From: an uncultured Dehalococcoidia bacterium
GTDB taxonomy: Bacteria; Chloroflexota; Dehalococcoidia; Lucifugimonadales; UBA1127
DNA length: 62,268 bases
Assembly (NCBI GenBank): GCA_964436745.1
Contig: CAYTEC010000004.1
Span: 1 to 62,268 of the forward strand
Reading direction: 5' to 3'
A program made the translations under genes and the position numbers. Shown in pieces: positions 1 to 7,972 of this stretch. A model generated the notes under the pieces. The model was not told the DNA's origin, searched no databases, and saw nothing but the letters and a program-made list of their open reading frames with translations. The stretch's first letter is position 1. Every line of letters starts with the position of its first letter.

Positions 1-25
1 CTGGGAGCGGGGGACAGGAACGGAA

Positions 26-82
26 GGGTTCAACTCGGGGGCGGCGCCCCTCGCGCGCGAAAATAAGGCACGCTCCTGGAGT
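26..82. repeat. GC-rich intergenic repeat, copy 1 (core CCCCTCGCGCGCGAAAA)
   Basis: Aligns by eye with 148..212 (GGGYTCAAC..GGGGG..CCTCGCGCGC(G)AAAA..GGCRC..CCTGG(G)AGTC). The two copies are about 122 nt apart, 3' of the permease gene. Confidence 0.5.
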
Positions 83-147
83 CGGCTGCCGGCCCCATAG
101 CGGCTTCAGAGGGCGCCCAGGAGCCGGATGCCGGCTCCCTAGCTGCC

Positions 148-212
148 GGGGCTCAACCCCGGGGGGGCCGACGCCTCGCGCGCAAAAAGGGGCGCACCGG
201 GTCCTGGGAGTC
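148..212. repeat. GC-rich intergenic repeat, copy 2
   Basis: Second copy of the 26..82 element. A perfect 8-bp hairpin GGAGCCGG-ATG-CCGGCTCC (120..138) lies between the copies. Confidence 0.5.
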
Positions 213-371
213 CCGTTCCAGGCGGACGGTGTCGGGGGGGTCCCTCGGGCCGGAGCCAGTCAGCCCCGCCACGGAGGTGGCGCCGGCGCCGCTGCGATAG
301 CCCACGCTCTCGCGCCCGCTCGGATGCCCATGCTCCGCTCCTTCCCTGGGGCGACCTCGCCCCCGCCCGCG

Positions 372-1184
372 CTACCGTCGCCCGAGGGCGCTCTCTCGCC
401 TTGCTGTGTGATGCCAGGCCAGTGCCCGCCGCTCCAGCAGGCTGACCAGCCCGAACAGGGTTACCCCGATCACCGACAGGACGATGATCGCCGCGAACAC
501 CATCGACGTCTGGAATCGGGGCGCCGATTGGACCATCAGGTACCCCAGGCCCGCGCTCGCCCCCACCCACTCTCCGATCACCGCTCCGATCACGGCGACG
601 GCCACCGCCACCTTCGCCCCCGAGAACAGGTACGGGAGCGACGTGGGCACCTGGAGCAGCCGGAACACTTGCCACCGGCTCGCCCCCAGCGTCCGCAGCA
701 TCCGGACGGTGTCCGCGTCCACCGATCGCAGCCCGTCCACCATGTTCACGACGATGGGGAAGAAGGAGATCAGCGCCACGACGATTATCTTCGGCTGGAT
801 GCCGTACCCGATCCACACCAGCAGCAGCGGGGCGATGGCGATGATGGGGATGGTCTGGGAGGCGATGACGAAGGGGTACACGGCGCGCTCCAGCAGCTTT
901 GAGTACGCTATGCCTATCGCCAGCAGCACCCCCGCCACGAGCGCCACGGCGAACCCCGCCAGCACCTCTTCCGCGGTCACCAGCGTGTGGCTCAGGAGCA
1001 GACTACGGCTCTCCACGATCTTGGTGGCGATGACACTCGGGGGCGGGAGCAGCCACCAGGGCACCGCGAGCCCCCGCACCAGCCCCTCCCACAGCCCGAA
1101 GACCGTCGCGACCAGCGCGGCCGGCGGGAGCCACTGGGCGGCTATCGCCGCGACCCGAGGGGTGCGGGCCGGTGGCGGGTTCAT
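372..1184 (-). CDS. ABC transporter permease, nitrate/sulfonate/taurine (ThiX-like) type
   Basis: Internal ATG (MNPPPART..) of ORF 372..1442. Multi-TM sequence with an EAA-like loop (..MVDGLRSVDADTVRMLRTLGASRWQVF..). Starts 2 nt after the ATPase stop and belongs to the TPP-riboswitch operon. Confidence 0.8.
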   Translation of the reverse strand: MNPPPARTPRVAAIAAQWLPPAALVATVFGLWEGLVRGLAVPWWLLPPPSVIATKIVESRSLLLSHTLVTAEEVLAGFAVALVAGVLLAIGIAYSKLLERAVYPFVIASQTIPIIAIAPLLLVWIGYGIQPKIIVVALISFFPIVVNMVDGLRSVDADTVRMLRTLGASRWQVFRLLQVPTSLPYLFSGAKVAVAVAVIGAVIGEWVGASAGLGYLMVQSAPRFQTSMVFAAIIVLSVIGVTLFGLVSLLERRALAWHHTARRESALGRR

Positions 1185-1186
1185 TG

Positions 1187-1996
1187 CTAAGGCCCGGCTC
1201 CTTCCTCCGCGTCCTGGGACCAGAGCGTCGCGAGCAAGGCCGCCTTGAGCTCCGCGAACTCGGGCGTGGCCGTCATCTCGTACTCTCGAGGCCTGGGCAG
1301 CGTCACCGGGAGCGCCTTCTGGACGCGGCCCGGTCGCGACGTGAGCGCGTACACGCGATCGGAGAGCAAGACCGCCTCCTCCACGTCGTGCGTGATCAGC
1401 AGGATCGTCTTGCCCAGCATCTCCCACATCCGCAGCAGCCATACCTGGAGCGAGGCGCGGGTGAGCGAGTCGAGGGCGCCGAATGGCTCGTCGAGCAGGA
1501 CCACCGGCTGGTCGGCCAGGGCGGTGCGGAGGAACGCCGCGCGCTGGCGCATCCCCCCCGAGAGGGCCGCCGGGTACGCATCGCCGAAGCCCTCAAGGCC
1601 GAACGTGCTCAGCATCGCCCGCGCCCGCTCCCGTGCCTCCCGGCGTGGCGCCCCGCGCACCTCCAGCCCCAGGATCGTGTTGTCGAGCACCGAGCGCCAC
1701 GGCAGCAGCAGGTCCCTCTGGTGCATGTACCCCACGCCGCCGAGCCGGTCGGTCGCCGGGGCGTCGTCGAGCAGCACGATGCCCCGGTCCGGCTCCTCCA
1801 GCCCCGCCACGATGCCCAGCAGCGTGCTCTTGCCGCACCCGCTGGGGCCGATGATCGAGACGAACTCGCCCCCGCCGACGACGATGCTGACGTCCTCCAG
1901 CACCGGGAGCCAGCCGCCGGCCATGGCGTAGCCCTTCGACACGCCTTCCATGCGGATGCTGCCCCGGCCTGGGGCCTCCGGCTCGTGAGATGTCAT
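1187..1996 (-). CDS. ABC transporter ATP-binding protein (ThiZ-like)
   Basis: Walker A GPSGCGKST, signature LSGGMRQR, Walker B VLLDEP. Start taken at MTSHEPE (ATG 1996). Lies directly downstream of the TPP riboswitch. Confidence 0.85.
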   Translation of the reverse strand: MTSHEPEAPGRGSIRMEGVSKGYAMAGGWLPVLEDVSIVVGGGEFVSIIGPSGCGKSTLLGIVAGLEEPDRGIVLLDDAPATDRLGGVGYMHQRDLLLPWRSVLDNTILGLEVRGAPRREARERARAMLSTFGLEGFGDAYPAALSGGMRQRAAFLRTALADQPVVLLDEPFGALDSLTRASLQVWLLRMWEMLGKTILLITHDVEEAVLLSDRVYALTSRPGRVQKALPVTLPRPREYEMTATPEFAELKAALLATLWSQDAEEGAGP

Positions 1997-2055
1997 CGGC
2001 TGTCTCCGCGCCTCCGCGATCCCGCCGACCACGGCCCGCCGCCGAGCCGCGCGCA

Positions 2056-2205
2056 ACAAAAAAGCCACCTGCGGCATGGCAGGCGGCCTCGGTGCGATGG
2101 GCGTCGCCCGGCCGCATCCCTCCGCTGGCATTACCCAGATCAGGTGTCAGGGTCGGCGGCAGATCAGCCGCCCTCTCAGCCCGGCTCTCCCGAGCTCCCC
2201 TTGGG
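2056..2205 (-). promoter_or_regulatory. TPP (THI-box) riboswitch with intrinsic-terminator expression platform
   Basis: The minus strand reads ..GGGAGAGCCGGGCTGAGAGGGCGGCTGATCTGCCGCCGACCCTGACACCTGATCTGGGTAATGCCAGCGGAGGGATG.. This contains the conserved CUGAGA and ACCUGAUCUGGNUAAUNCCAGCG..AGGGA blocks. It is followed by hairpin GCCGCCTGC-CATGCC-GCAGGTGGC plus TTTTTTG (2056..2087). Confidence 0.85.
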
Positions 2206-2234
2206 TCTGGCTACCCTCTCCAACTGTCGGCTCA

Positions 2235-2264
2235 AGAGTACCCTCGCCGGGCGCGGCGTGTCAA
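2235..2264 (-). promoter_or_regulatory. candidate promoter for the riboswitch operon (TTGACA-N18-TACTCT)
   Basis: The minus strand reads gcgTTGACAcgccgcgcccggcgagggTACTCTtgag, about 30 nt upstream of the aptamer. Confidence 0.35.
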
Positions 2265-2363
2265 CGCGGGGGGAGGGGAGGGCCTGTGGACCATCTTGAG
2301 CACCCAGGCCCTCTCAAGCCATGCGCGCCATCAAAGACATGACTACAAGTGTTATGATGTTAT

Positions 2364-2392
2364 TTGACGATGGGCAGCACTTCGACTACCAT
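2364..2392 (+). promoter_or_regulatory. candidate higB promoter (TTGACG-N17-TACCAT), possibly giving a leaderless mRNA
   Basis: The -10 hexamer ends 6 nt before the ATG at 2399 and no SD lies between them. A direct repeat TGTTAT-GA-TGTTAT sits just upstream (2350..2363). Confidence 0.4.
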
Positions 2393-2398
2393 TAGCGC

Positions 2399-2695
2399 AT
2401 GGAAGTCGAGTTCGATGATGACGATCTTGACCAGCTTGACACAGCCCCGTCATTCACGGCGGGCTGGCCTCCGGCGATCGTCAGGGCGTTCCGCATGCGA
2501 ATGCAGATCATCCGAGCCGCGCCGGATGAACGAGACTTCTATGCCCACAAGAGTTGGCACTTCGAGAGACTCCAGGGGCAGAGACAGCATCAACACTCTC
2601 TGAGGCTCAATGACAAATACAGGTTGATCCTTGAGTTGGAAGGTTCTGGCCGCGAAAAGCGAGTGCGGATCATGGCAATCGAGGACTACCACTGA
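2399..2695 (+). CDS. higB: HigB-like toxin (RelE/ParE superfamily, 'killer protein' type)
   Basis: 98 aa. The pattern ..FERLQGQRQHQHSLRLNDKYRLILELEG...RIMAIEDYH matches the HigB/killer-protein consensus (..L.G.R.G..S.R.N..YR..F......DYH). Confidence 0.8.
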   Translation: MEVEFDDDDLDQLDTAPSFTAGWPPAIVRAFRMRMQIIRAAPDERDFYAHKSWHFERLQGQRQHQHSLRLNDKYRLILELEGSGREKRVRIMAIEDYH

Positions 2696-2712
2696 CTGGG
2701 AGGTAACGATAG

Positions 2713-3840
2713 ATGGCTACTAGGCGGCGTCCGGCAGAGGTCTTCCCGCCCGGTGACTTCCTTAGGGAAGAGCTTGAGGAGCGGGGATGGACTCAGGATG
2801 ACCTTGCGGCCATTCTCGGGCGACAGGTGCGTACGGTCAACCAGATCATCGGCGCCAAGCGCAGCATTACGACTGACATGGCGAAGGGTCTGTCTGCGGC
2901 CCTCGGCACTTCGCCGGAGTTCTGGCTCAATCTGGAGGCGGCGTACCAACTCTGGCGCGTTGGAGCCGACGGGTCAGACCAAGTCGCGCACCGCGCGCGC
3001 CTGTACACGATCGCTCCGATAAGAGAGATGGTGCGTCGAGGCTGGATTGAACCTTCAGACAACCCAGAGGTATTGGAGGATCGTGTCTTGTCGTTCTTCG
3101 AGACTAAGAGCCTCGATGAACCCCCGTCCTTTCGGGCCCACGTGGCACGGAAGACAGAAGCAATGACCCCTTACGACGACGCCACGCCGGAACAGACTGC
3201 GTGGCTATTTCGCGCGATGCATCTCAGCCGATCAGTTCAGGCCGAGAAGTTTACGGACAAGTCCATTTCCCTTGCCACCCAGCGCCTGCAACTTCTGATG
3301 CAAGCACCCCAGGAAGTCAGGCATGTCCCGAAGGTGCTGAGTGAATCCGGCATACGGTACGTGGTTGTTCAGCACTTGCCCAGAACGAAGATCGATGGTG
3401 CCTGCTTCTGGATCGATGATTCGCCGGTTATAGCGATGTCCATCCGGTATGATCGGATAGACAACTTCTGGTTCACGCTCATGCATGAGCTGGGCCATTT
3501 GGCGCAGGATGGCGAAGCAGTAGACACCAACATGGAGGCCGTGCGCCGCGATTCGAATCGCCCACAGGCCGAACGCATGGCGGACAGCTTCGCGTCAGAA
3601 CATCTGGTGTCTCAGACGGCCCTTGATAGTTTTGTCGCAAGGTCATCCCCCCTATACACCACAGAACGCATTGAAGGCTTCTCACAGATGCAAGGCGTCC
3701 ATCCTGGCATCGTCGTGGGCCAATTGCAGAATCGCTACGAAGTTACCTTTGCCAATTTTCGGAGGCTCCTTGTTTCGATCAAGCCATATCTGACTCAGAG
3801 CGCACTCACTGACGGCTGGAGCACACGCGCGTCCATTTGA
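2713..3840 (+). CDS. HigA-type XRE HTH antitoxin domain fused to an ImmA/IrrE (COG2856) zinc metallopeptidase domain
   Basis: The N-terminus FLREELEERGWTQDDLAAILGRQVRTVNQIIGAKRSITTDMAKGLSAALGTSPEFWLNLE is a HigA-like HTH. The C-terminal ~280 aa carry HELGH (codons 3484..3498). Starts 17 nt after higB. Confidence 0.8.
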   Translation: MATRRRPAEVFPPGDFLREELEERGWTQDDLAAILGRQVRTVNQIIGAKRSITTDMAKGLSAALGTSPEFWLNLEAAYQLWRVGADGSDQVAHRARLYTIAPIREMVRRGWIEPSDNPEVLEDRVLSFFETKSLDEPPSFRAHVARKTEAMTPYDDATPEQTAWLFRAMHLSRSVQAEKFTDKSISLATQRLQLLMQAPQEVRHVPKVLSESGIRYVVVQHLPRTKIDGACFWIDDSPVIAMSIRYDRIDNFWFTLMHELGHLAQDGEAVDTNMEAVRRDSNRPQAERMADSFASEHLVSQTALDSFVARSSPLYTTERIEGFSQMQGVHPGIVVGQLQNRYEVTFANFRRLLVSIKPYLTQSALTDGWSTRASI

Positions 3841-3876
3841 CACCAGGAGCGCACGCGGCATACGGGAGGGTGGGGA

Positions 3877-4419
3877 ATGAGCGGAATCACCATGACGCAG
3901 CAGAGGCTCAGGATCGTGGGGCAGTACCGCGAGAGCGGCCGGCCCTGGCTCGCCACCACAAGGCAGATGGCTGAGTGGGCCATACGCGAAGGGCTATGGG
4001 CGCGGCGCCCCGACTCACAGGTTGGCCAATGTGCGGACGAACTGGCACGAGCGATGCGAGAAGAGTACTACACGGATCCTCAGGGGAGGGAGGTGCGAAC
4101 GAAGCATGTTGCCCGCGTAAAGCGGGACGGGGTCCAGTCGTCGCTTTGGGATGACATACGGAATGCTGGCACGCGACATATGCAGATCGCTTTCCAGCAG
4201 CGCAGGCACCAAATCGTCGGAGACTGCAAACAGATCAAGGCCGACGTGGACAGTTTCAACGAGAACGGGAACCTGGAGGCACCGATTCAGATGGTGCTGG
4301 ATTTCACTGTGGATGTGACCGAACTGGAAGTCTTGGAAGCTGCAAAAGGACTGCTCATCGTCGGCTCCAACGGGCCAACGCCGCGCGCCGAGCAATCTCG
4401 CGTCGCCGTTCCGGTGTGA
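3877..4419 (+). CDS. hypothetical protein (180 aa), third gene of the HigB cassette
   Basis: SD GGGAGGGTGGGG immediately upstream of the ATG. Same strand, 36 nt after gene 2. I recognise no motif. The 3' end may be shorter because it overlaps a convergent ORF. Confidence 0.55.
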   Translation: MSGITMTQQRLRIVGQYRESGRPWLATTRQMAEWAIREGLWARRPDSQVGQCADELARAMREEYYTDPQGREVRTKHVARVKRDGVQSSLWDDIRNAGTRHMQIAFQQRRHQIVGDCKQIKADVDSFNENGNLEAPIQMVLDFTVDVTELEVLEAAKGLLIVGSNGPTPRAEQSRVAVPV

Positions 4420-4573
4420 GCTTCTCGGCCCTAGCCTTGCCGCCCTGTTCGCTCCCTCCCGGCGTCGTGTCCTCGCGGGCCGCGAACCGGAGGGAGATGC
4501 CGGGCATGGGCTCACTTTCGATGTGGGGAGGGAGGCCGAAGATGTTGGAACGCCACGTCGGGCCACGCGGCAT
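4355..4573 (-). CDS. small basic hypothetical protein (C-terminal GGKARAEKLTPERRREIARRAALARW)
   Basis: ORF-track entry with a basic helical tail of a type common in mobile-element small proteins. The start is uncertain (ATG 4573 or 4507) and the SD is weak. Confidence 0.3.
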   Translation of the reverse strand: MPRGPTWRSNIFGLPPHIESEPMPGISLRFAAREDTTPGGSEQGGKARAEKLTPERRREIARRAALARWSRR

Positions 4574-4616
4574 GGGGTGTGGGTCGCCGGACCCCCCCGC
4601 CGATTGTTGACCTCCG

Positions 4617-4645
4617 TTGACAGGAATCCGGCCCCTGCATAGAAT
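4617..4645 (+). promoter_or_regulatory. candidate promoter (TTGACA-N17-TAGAAT) for the A-type carrier gene
   Basis: cgTTGACAggaatccggcccctgcaTAGAATacagg, about 45 nt upstream of the start. Confidence 0.5.
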
Positions 4646-4690
4646 ACAGGTAGAGACGCGCCGTGGCGGGGCCAGGATGGAGGAAGAGTG

Positions 4691-5044
4691 ATGGTAGCGC
4701 CAGCCGCTCCCCTATCGGTCAGCATCACCGCGAAGGCCGCGAAGAAGGTTCGCAGCTTCGCCGAGAAGGAAGGCCTTGCGGAAGAGACGTTCGGCCTCAA
4801 GGTCGGGGTCAAGGGCGGCGGCTGCTCGGGCCTGACCTACGTCCTCTCCATCGACCCCGGTCCCGGCGCCGAGGACAAGATCATCGAGGACCAGGGTGTC
4901 CGGCTCTTCATTCCCAAGAAGAGCTTCGTCTTCCTGGCCGGCACCGAGCTCGACTTCTCCGACGGCCTCAACGGTAAGGGGTTCACGTTCGCCAACCCCA
5001 ACGCCAAGACCACCTGCGGCTGCGGGACGTCGTTCTCGGTCTAG
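4691..5044 (+). CDS. iron-sulfur cluster insertion/assembly protein, HesB/IscA/ErpA A-type carrier
   Basis: GGGCSG motif and C-terminal ..TTCGCGTSFSV, which give the three conserved Cys. SD GGAGGAAG upstream. Confidence 0.85.
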   Translation: MVAPAAPLSVSITAKAAKKVRSFAEKEGLAEETFGLKVGVKGGGCSGLTYVLSIDPGPGAEDKIIEDQGVRLFIPKKSFVFLAGTELDFSDGLNGKGFTFANPNAKTTCGCGTSFSV

Positions 5045-5063
5045 CCTCAACTCGAATGCTGTA

Positions 5064-5106
5064 CGGGCCGCCCTGACTCAAGCGAGGGGCGGCCCGTTGC
5101 TTTTCC
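5064..5106 (+). terminator. intrinsic terminator after the A-type carrier gene
   Basis: CGGGCCGCCC-N13-GGGCGGCCCG followed by TTGCTTTTCC. Confidence 0.6.
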
Positions 5107-5135
5107 GCCAACCTTCAACGGCATCTGGAGGACCC

Positions 5136-6281
5136 ATGGAGAGCAGTCCGCTGCACGAAGCCCAGCGCGCCCTTGGCGCCGTGTTCGCCGAGGTGTCGGG
5201 GTGGGAGATCGCCGCGGCTTTCGACTCACTCGATCGTGAGTGCGATGCCGCGCGGAGTCGCGTCGCCCTGCTGGACCGCTCGTCGCTGGGGCGGCTGACG
5301 GCGCGTGGCGCGGACGCCCTGGACCTGCTGGACCGGCTCTCCACCAACCGCGTCGTGGACCTGCCCGTGGGTGGCGGATCGTCCACCGTGCTCGCCACCG
5401 CCAGGGGCCGCATCGTCGATTGGCTGACCGTGCTGCGCCCAGACGATGCGCTGCTCATCGTCACGTCTCCGGAGCGGCGGACGGCCGTGGCCGAGTGGAT
5501 CGATCTCTACACCTTCGACGAGGACGCTTCGTTGGAGGACATAACGTCGGAGACGGCGATGCTTGGCGTCGTCGGCCCTCACGCCGCGGCCGTCGTGGAG
5601 CGCGTCATGGGGATCGCCGTGGCGGACCTGCCGCAGCTCGGCTGCCTGACGGCGAGCCTGGGCGACCATCGCGTGACGGTGGCCCGCACCGACCCCGCGG
5701 GCCAGCCCGGCTACGACCTAGTTGTGCCCGCCGCGGCCGCGACGCTCCTGTGGGACGCGCTGCTGGAGGCCGGGGCGGCTGACGGCATCGCGCCCATAGG
5801 CGAGGACGCCTTCGAGGCGCTTCGCGTGGCCACCGGGACCCCGCGCTGGGGCCGGGAGCTGACAGAGGAGCGCAACCCCCTGGAAGCGGGCCTGGAGGGC
5901 GCGATCTCCTGGAACAAGGGGTGCTACACCGGCCAGGAGGTCGTGTCCCGGCTGCACACCTACCACAAGGTGCAGCGCTACCTGGTTGGGCTGGCGCTGG
6001 AGGGCAATGGCGCGGCAACCCCCGGCACGCCCCTCACCGCGGATGGCAAGTCGGTGGGGATTGTGAGCAGCGTGGCGCTTGGCTCGGAGACGGGCCGGGC
6101 GATCGCGCTTGGCTACCTGCAGACGCCATTCGTCGAGGTGGGGCGGTCGGTGGAGGTGGGGCCGGCGGGCGCGGGCGGTGGCGTGGCCACGGTGGTGCGG
6201 ACCCCCGAGCTGCCGACGGGTCCCGTGCCGGCCGCGCTCCTGGACGCACTCGATGACGACGACAAGGACGAGGCGGAGTAG
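5136..6281 (+). CDS. ygfZ: folate-binding YgfZ/GcvT-family protein (Fe-S cluster repair/assembly factor)
   Basis: KGCYTGQE signature. GcvT-like N-terminus (LHEAQRALGAVF..). Start at ATG 5136 with SD GGAGGA. Confidence 0.85.
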   Translation: MESSPLHEAQRALGAVFAEVSGWEIAAAFDSLDRECDAARSRVALLDRSSLGRLTARGADALDLLDRLSTNRVVDLPVGGGSSTVLATARGRIVDWLTVLRPDDALLIVTSPERRTAVAEWIDLYTFDEDASLEDITSETAMLGVVGPHAAAVVERVMGIAVADLPQLGCLTASLGDHRVTVARTDPAGQPGYDLVVPAAAATLLWDALLEAGAADGIAPIGEDAFEALRVATGTPRWGRELTEERNPLEAGLEGAISWNKGCYTGQEVVSRLHTYHKVQRYLVGLALEGNGAATPGTPLTADGKSVGIVSSVALGSETGRAIALGYLQTPFVEVGRSVEVGPAGAGGGVATVVRTPELPTGPVPAALLDALDDDDKDEAE

Positions 6282-6299
6282 TCGCGGCCCCGGCTTCGC

Positions 6300-7052
6300 C
6301 TACTGCAACAGCGTCGCCCCCCCGTCCACCACGAGCACCTGGCCGCGTACCATCGCCGCGTCGTCGCCGCACAGGAAGGCCACCGCCCTGGCGATGTCCT
6401 CCGGCTTGACGGCCCGACCGGCCGGAGTATCTTCCGCGGCGGCCAGCATCTCCTCCCAATTGGGGAACTGTCGCAGGGCGTCAGTGTCCACGTAGCCACC
6501 CGAGACGGCGTTGACGCGGATCCCCTGGGGCGCGAGCTCCACCGCCAGGTAGCGGGTGAGGGTCTCCAGCCCCGCCTTGGACACCCCCACGGCGAAGTAG
6601 TAGGGCAGCACCCGCTGCGATCCCATGCTGCTGATGTTCACCACGCTGCCCCCCTGGGGCATCAGGCGGGCGGCCTCCCGCGTGCAGAGCCAGGGAGCGC
6701 GAGTGTTGACGTCCAGCGTCCACGCCCAGTGCTTGACGTCCATCTCCATGGCGGAGCGCTGGACGCCGGAGGCGGCGTTGTTCACCAGGATGTCCAGGCG
6801 GCCGAACTCTCGCTCCACCTCCTGGAACAGCCGGCTGATCTGGTCGGGGTCGCCCAGGTGGGCTCGGGTGCGGAGGCAGCGCACGCCCAGCGCGGTAATC
6901 TCGGCTTCGGCTTCGCGTGCCTTCTGGTGGCTGCGGAGGTAGTTGAAGGCGATGTCGGCGCCACGGATCGCCAGCTCCCGCGCCACGGCCAAGCCGATGC
7001 CCCTGGACGCCCCGGTGACCAGGGCGACCTTCCCTTCAAGCGGCTTGTCCAT
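6300..7052 (-). CDS. fabL: SDR family enoyl-[ACP] reductase, FabL-like
   Basis: TGASRGIG cofactor motif and Y-x6-K (YYFAVGVSK) typical of enoyl reductases. Overall resemblance to Bacillus FabL (..LDILVNNAASGV...TRYLAVELAP.GIRVNAVSGG.VDTDAL..). Lies in the plsX-fabG cluster. Confidence 0.65.
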   Translation of the reverse strand: MDKPLEGKVALVTGASRGIGLAVARELAIRGADIAFNYLRSHQKAREAEAEITALGVRCLRTRAHLGDPDQISRLFQEVEREFGRLDILVNNAASGVQRSAMEMDVKHWAWTLDVNTRAPWLCTREAARLMPQGGSVVNISSMGSQRVLPYYFAVGVSKAGLETLTRYLAVELAPQGIRVNAVSGGYVDTDALRQFPNWEEMLAAAEDTPAGRAVKPEDIARAVAFLCGDDAAMVRGQVLVVDGGATLLQ

Positions 7053-7149
7053 GCGCCGATGTCCCCCGTGGCTGTGTGCGTCGGCGCTGGGCGCCTAGGT
7101 CGACGGACGTGCGCGGCTTCCGCGGAGCCCTCCGATTCCCGGGATCCTC

Positions 7150-7215
7150 TGGGGAGTTTGAGGGGCGAAGCCCCTCGTGGAGCCCTCCGGAGTGGGTGGG
7201 TGGGTCTGTCGAACC
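7150..7215. repeat. interspersed repeat, partial copy of the G-tract family
   Basis: Hairpin GAGGGGCGAAGCCCCTC followed by GTGGGTGGGTGGGTCTGTCGAAC. Related to 15352..15421 and 54376..54510. Sits between fabG and fabL. Confidence 0.45.
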
Positions 7216-7225
7216 GCGACGCGCG

Positions 7226-7972
7226 TCAAGAGATCATCATGCCGCCGTCGACGGCGATGATCTGGCTCGTGATGTAATCGGCCTGATCCGAGGCGAGGAA
7301 CGCGACCATGTGCGCGATCTCCTCGGGCTTCCCGAACCGCCCAAGGGGGACGCGGCTGAGGATCCGCTGTTTCAGCTCCTCGTTCAGGTCCTCCACGATG
7401 TCCGTCTCGCAGTATCCGGGGGCGACGTAGTTGACGGTGATCTTGCGCGATGCGACCTCGCGGGCCACGCTCTGCGTCAGCCCCACGACCCCGGCCTTGG
7501 CGGCCGCGTAGTTCGCCTGGCCGCTGTTGCCGCGCAGCCCGATGACCGAGCCGATGTTGACCACCCGACCCCAGTGCGCGCGGAGCATAGACCGGATCGC
7601 CTGCCGGGTGCAGAGGAAGGTCGCCCGCAGGTCCAGGTCGATGACGCTGTCCCAGTCCTCCACCGACATCCGCACCAGCAGCGAGTCCTTGATGATCCCG
7701 GCGTTGTTCACCAGGATCTCCACCGGCCCCAGCGATTCCGCAACCTCGTGGAACAGCCGCTCCACGTCGTCCGCCTTCGTGACGTCCGCCTGGACGGCCA
7801 CGGCGGCCCCGCCGCGCGACACGATGGCATCGACGACCTCATTTGCCGCGTCCTCGTGGGAGAGGTAGTTGATGGCCAGCCGCGCGCCGTCGGCGGCGAG
7901 GCGGAGCGCGATTGCCCTACCGATGCCGCGCGAGCTGCCGGTGACGAGGGCCACCCGACCGTCTTCGCTCAA
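7226..7972 (-). CDS. fabG: 3-oxoacyl-[ACP] reductase FabG
   Basis: TGSSRGIG, NNAG, YAAAK and the C-terminal ..AVDGGMMIS. TTG start with SD GGGAGGG, overlapping the plsX stop (TTGA). Confidence 0.85.
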   Translation of the reverse strand: MSEDGRVALVTGSSRGIGRAIALRLAADGARLAINYLSHEDAANEVVDAIVSRGGAAVAVQADVTKADDVERLFHEVAESLGPVEILVNNAGIIKDSLLVRMSVEDWDSVIDLDLRATFLCTRQAIRSMLRAHWGRVVNIGSVIGLRGNSGQANYAAAKAGVVGLTQSVAREVASRKITVNYVAPGYCETDIVEDLNEELKQRILSRVPLGRFGKPEEIAHMVAFLASDQADYITSQIIAVDGGMMIS

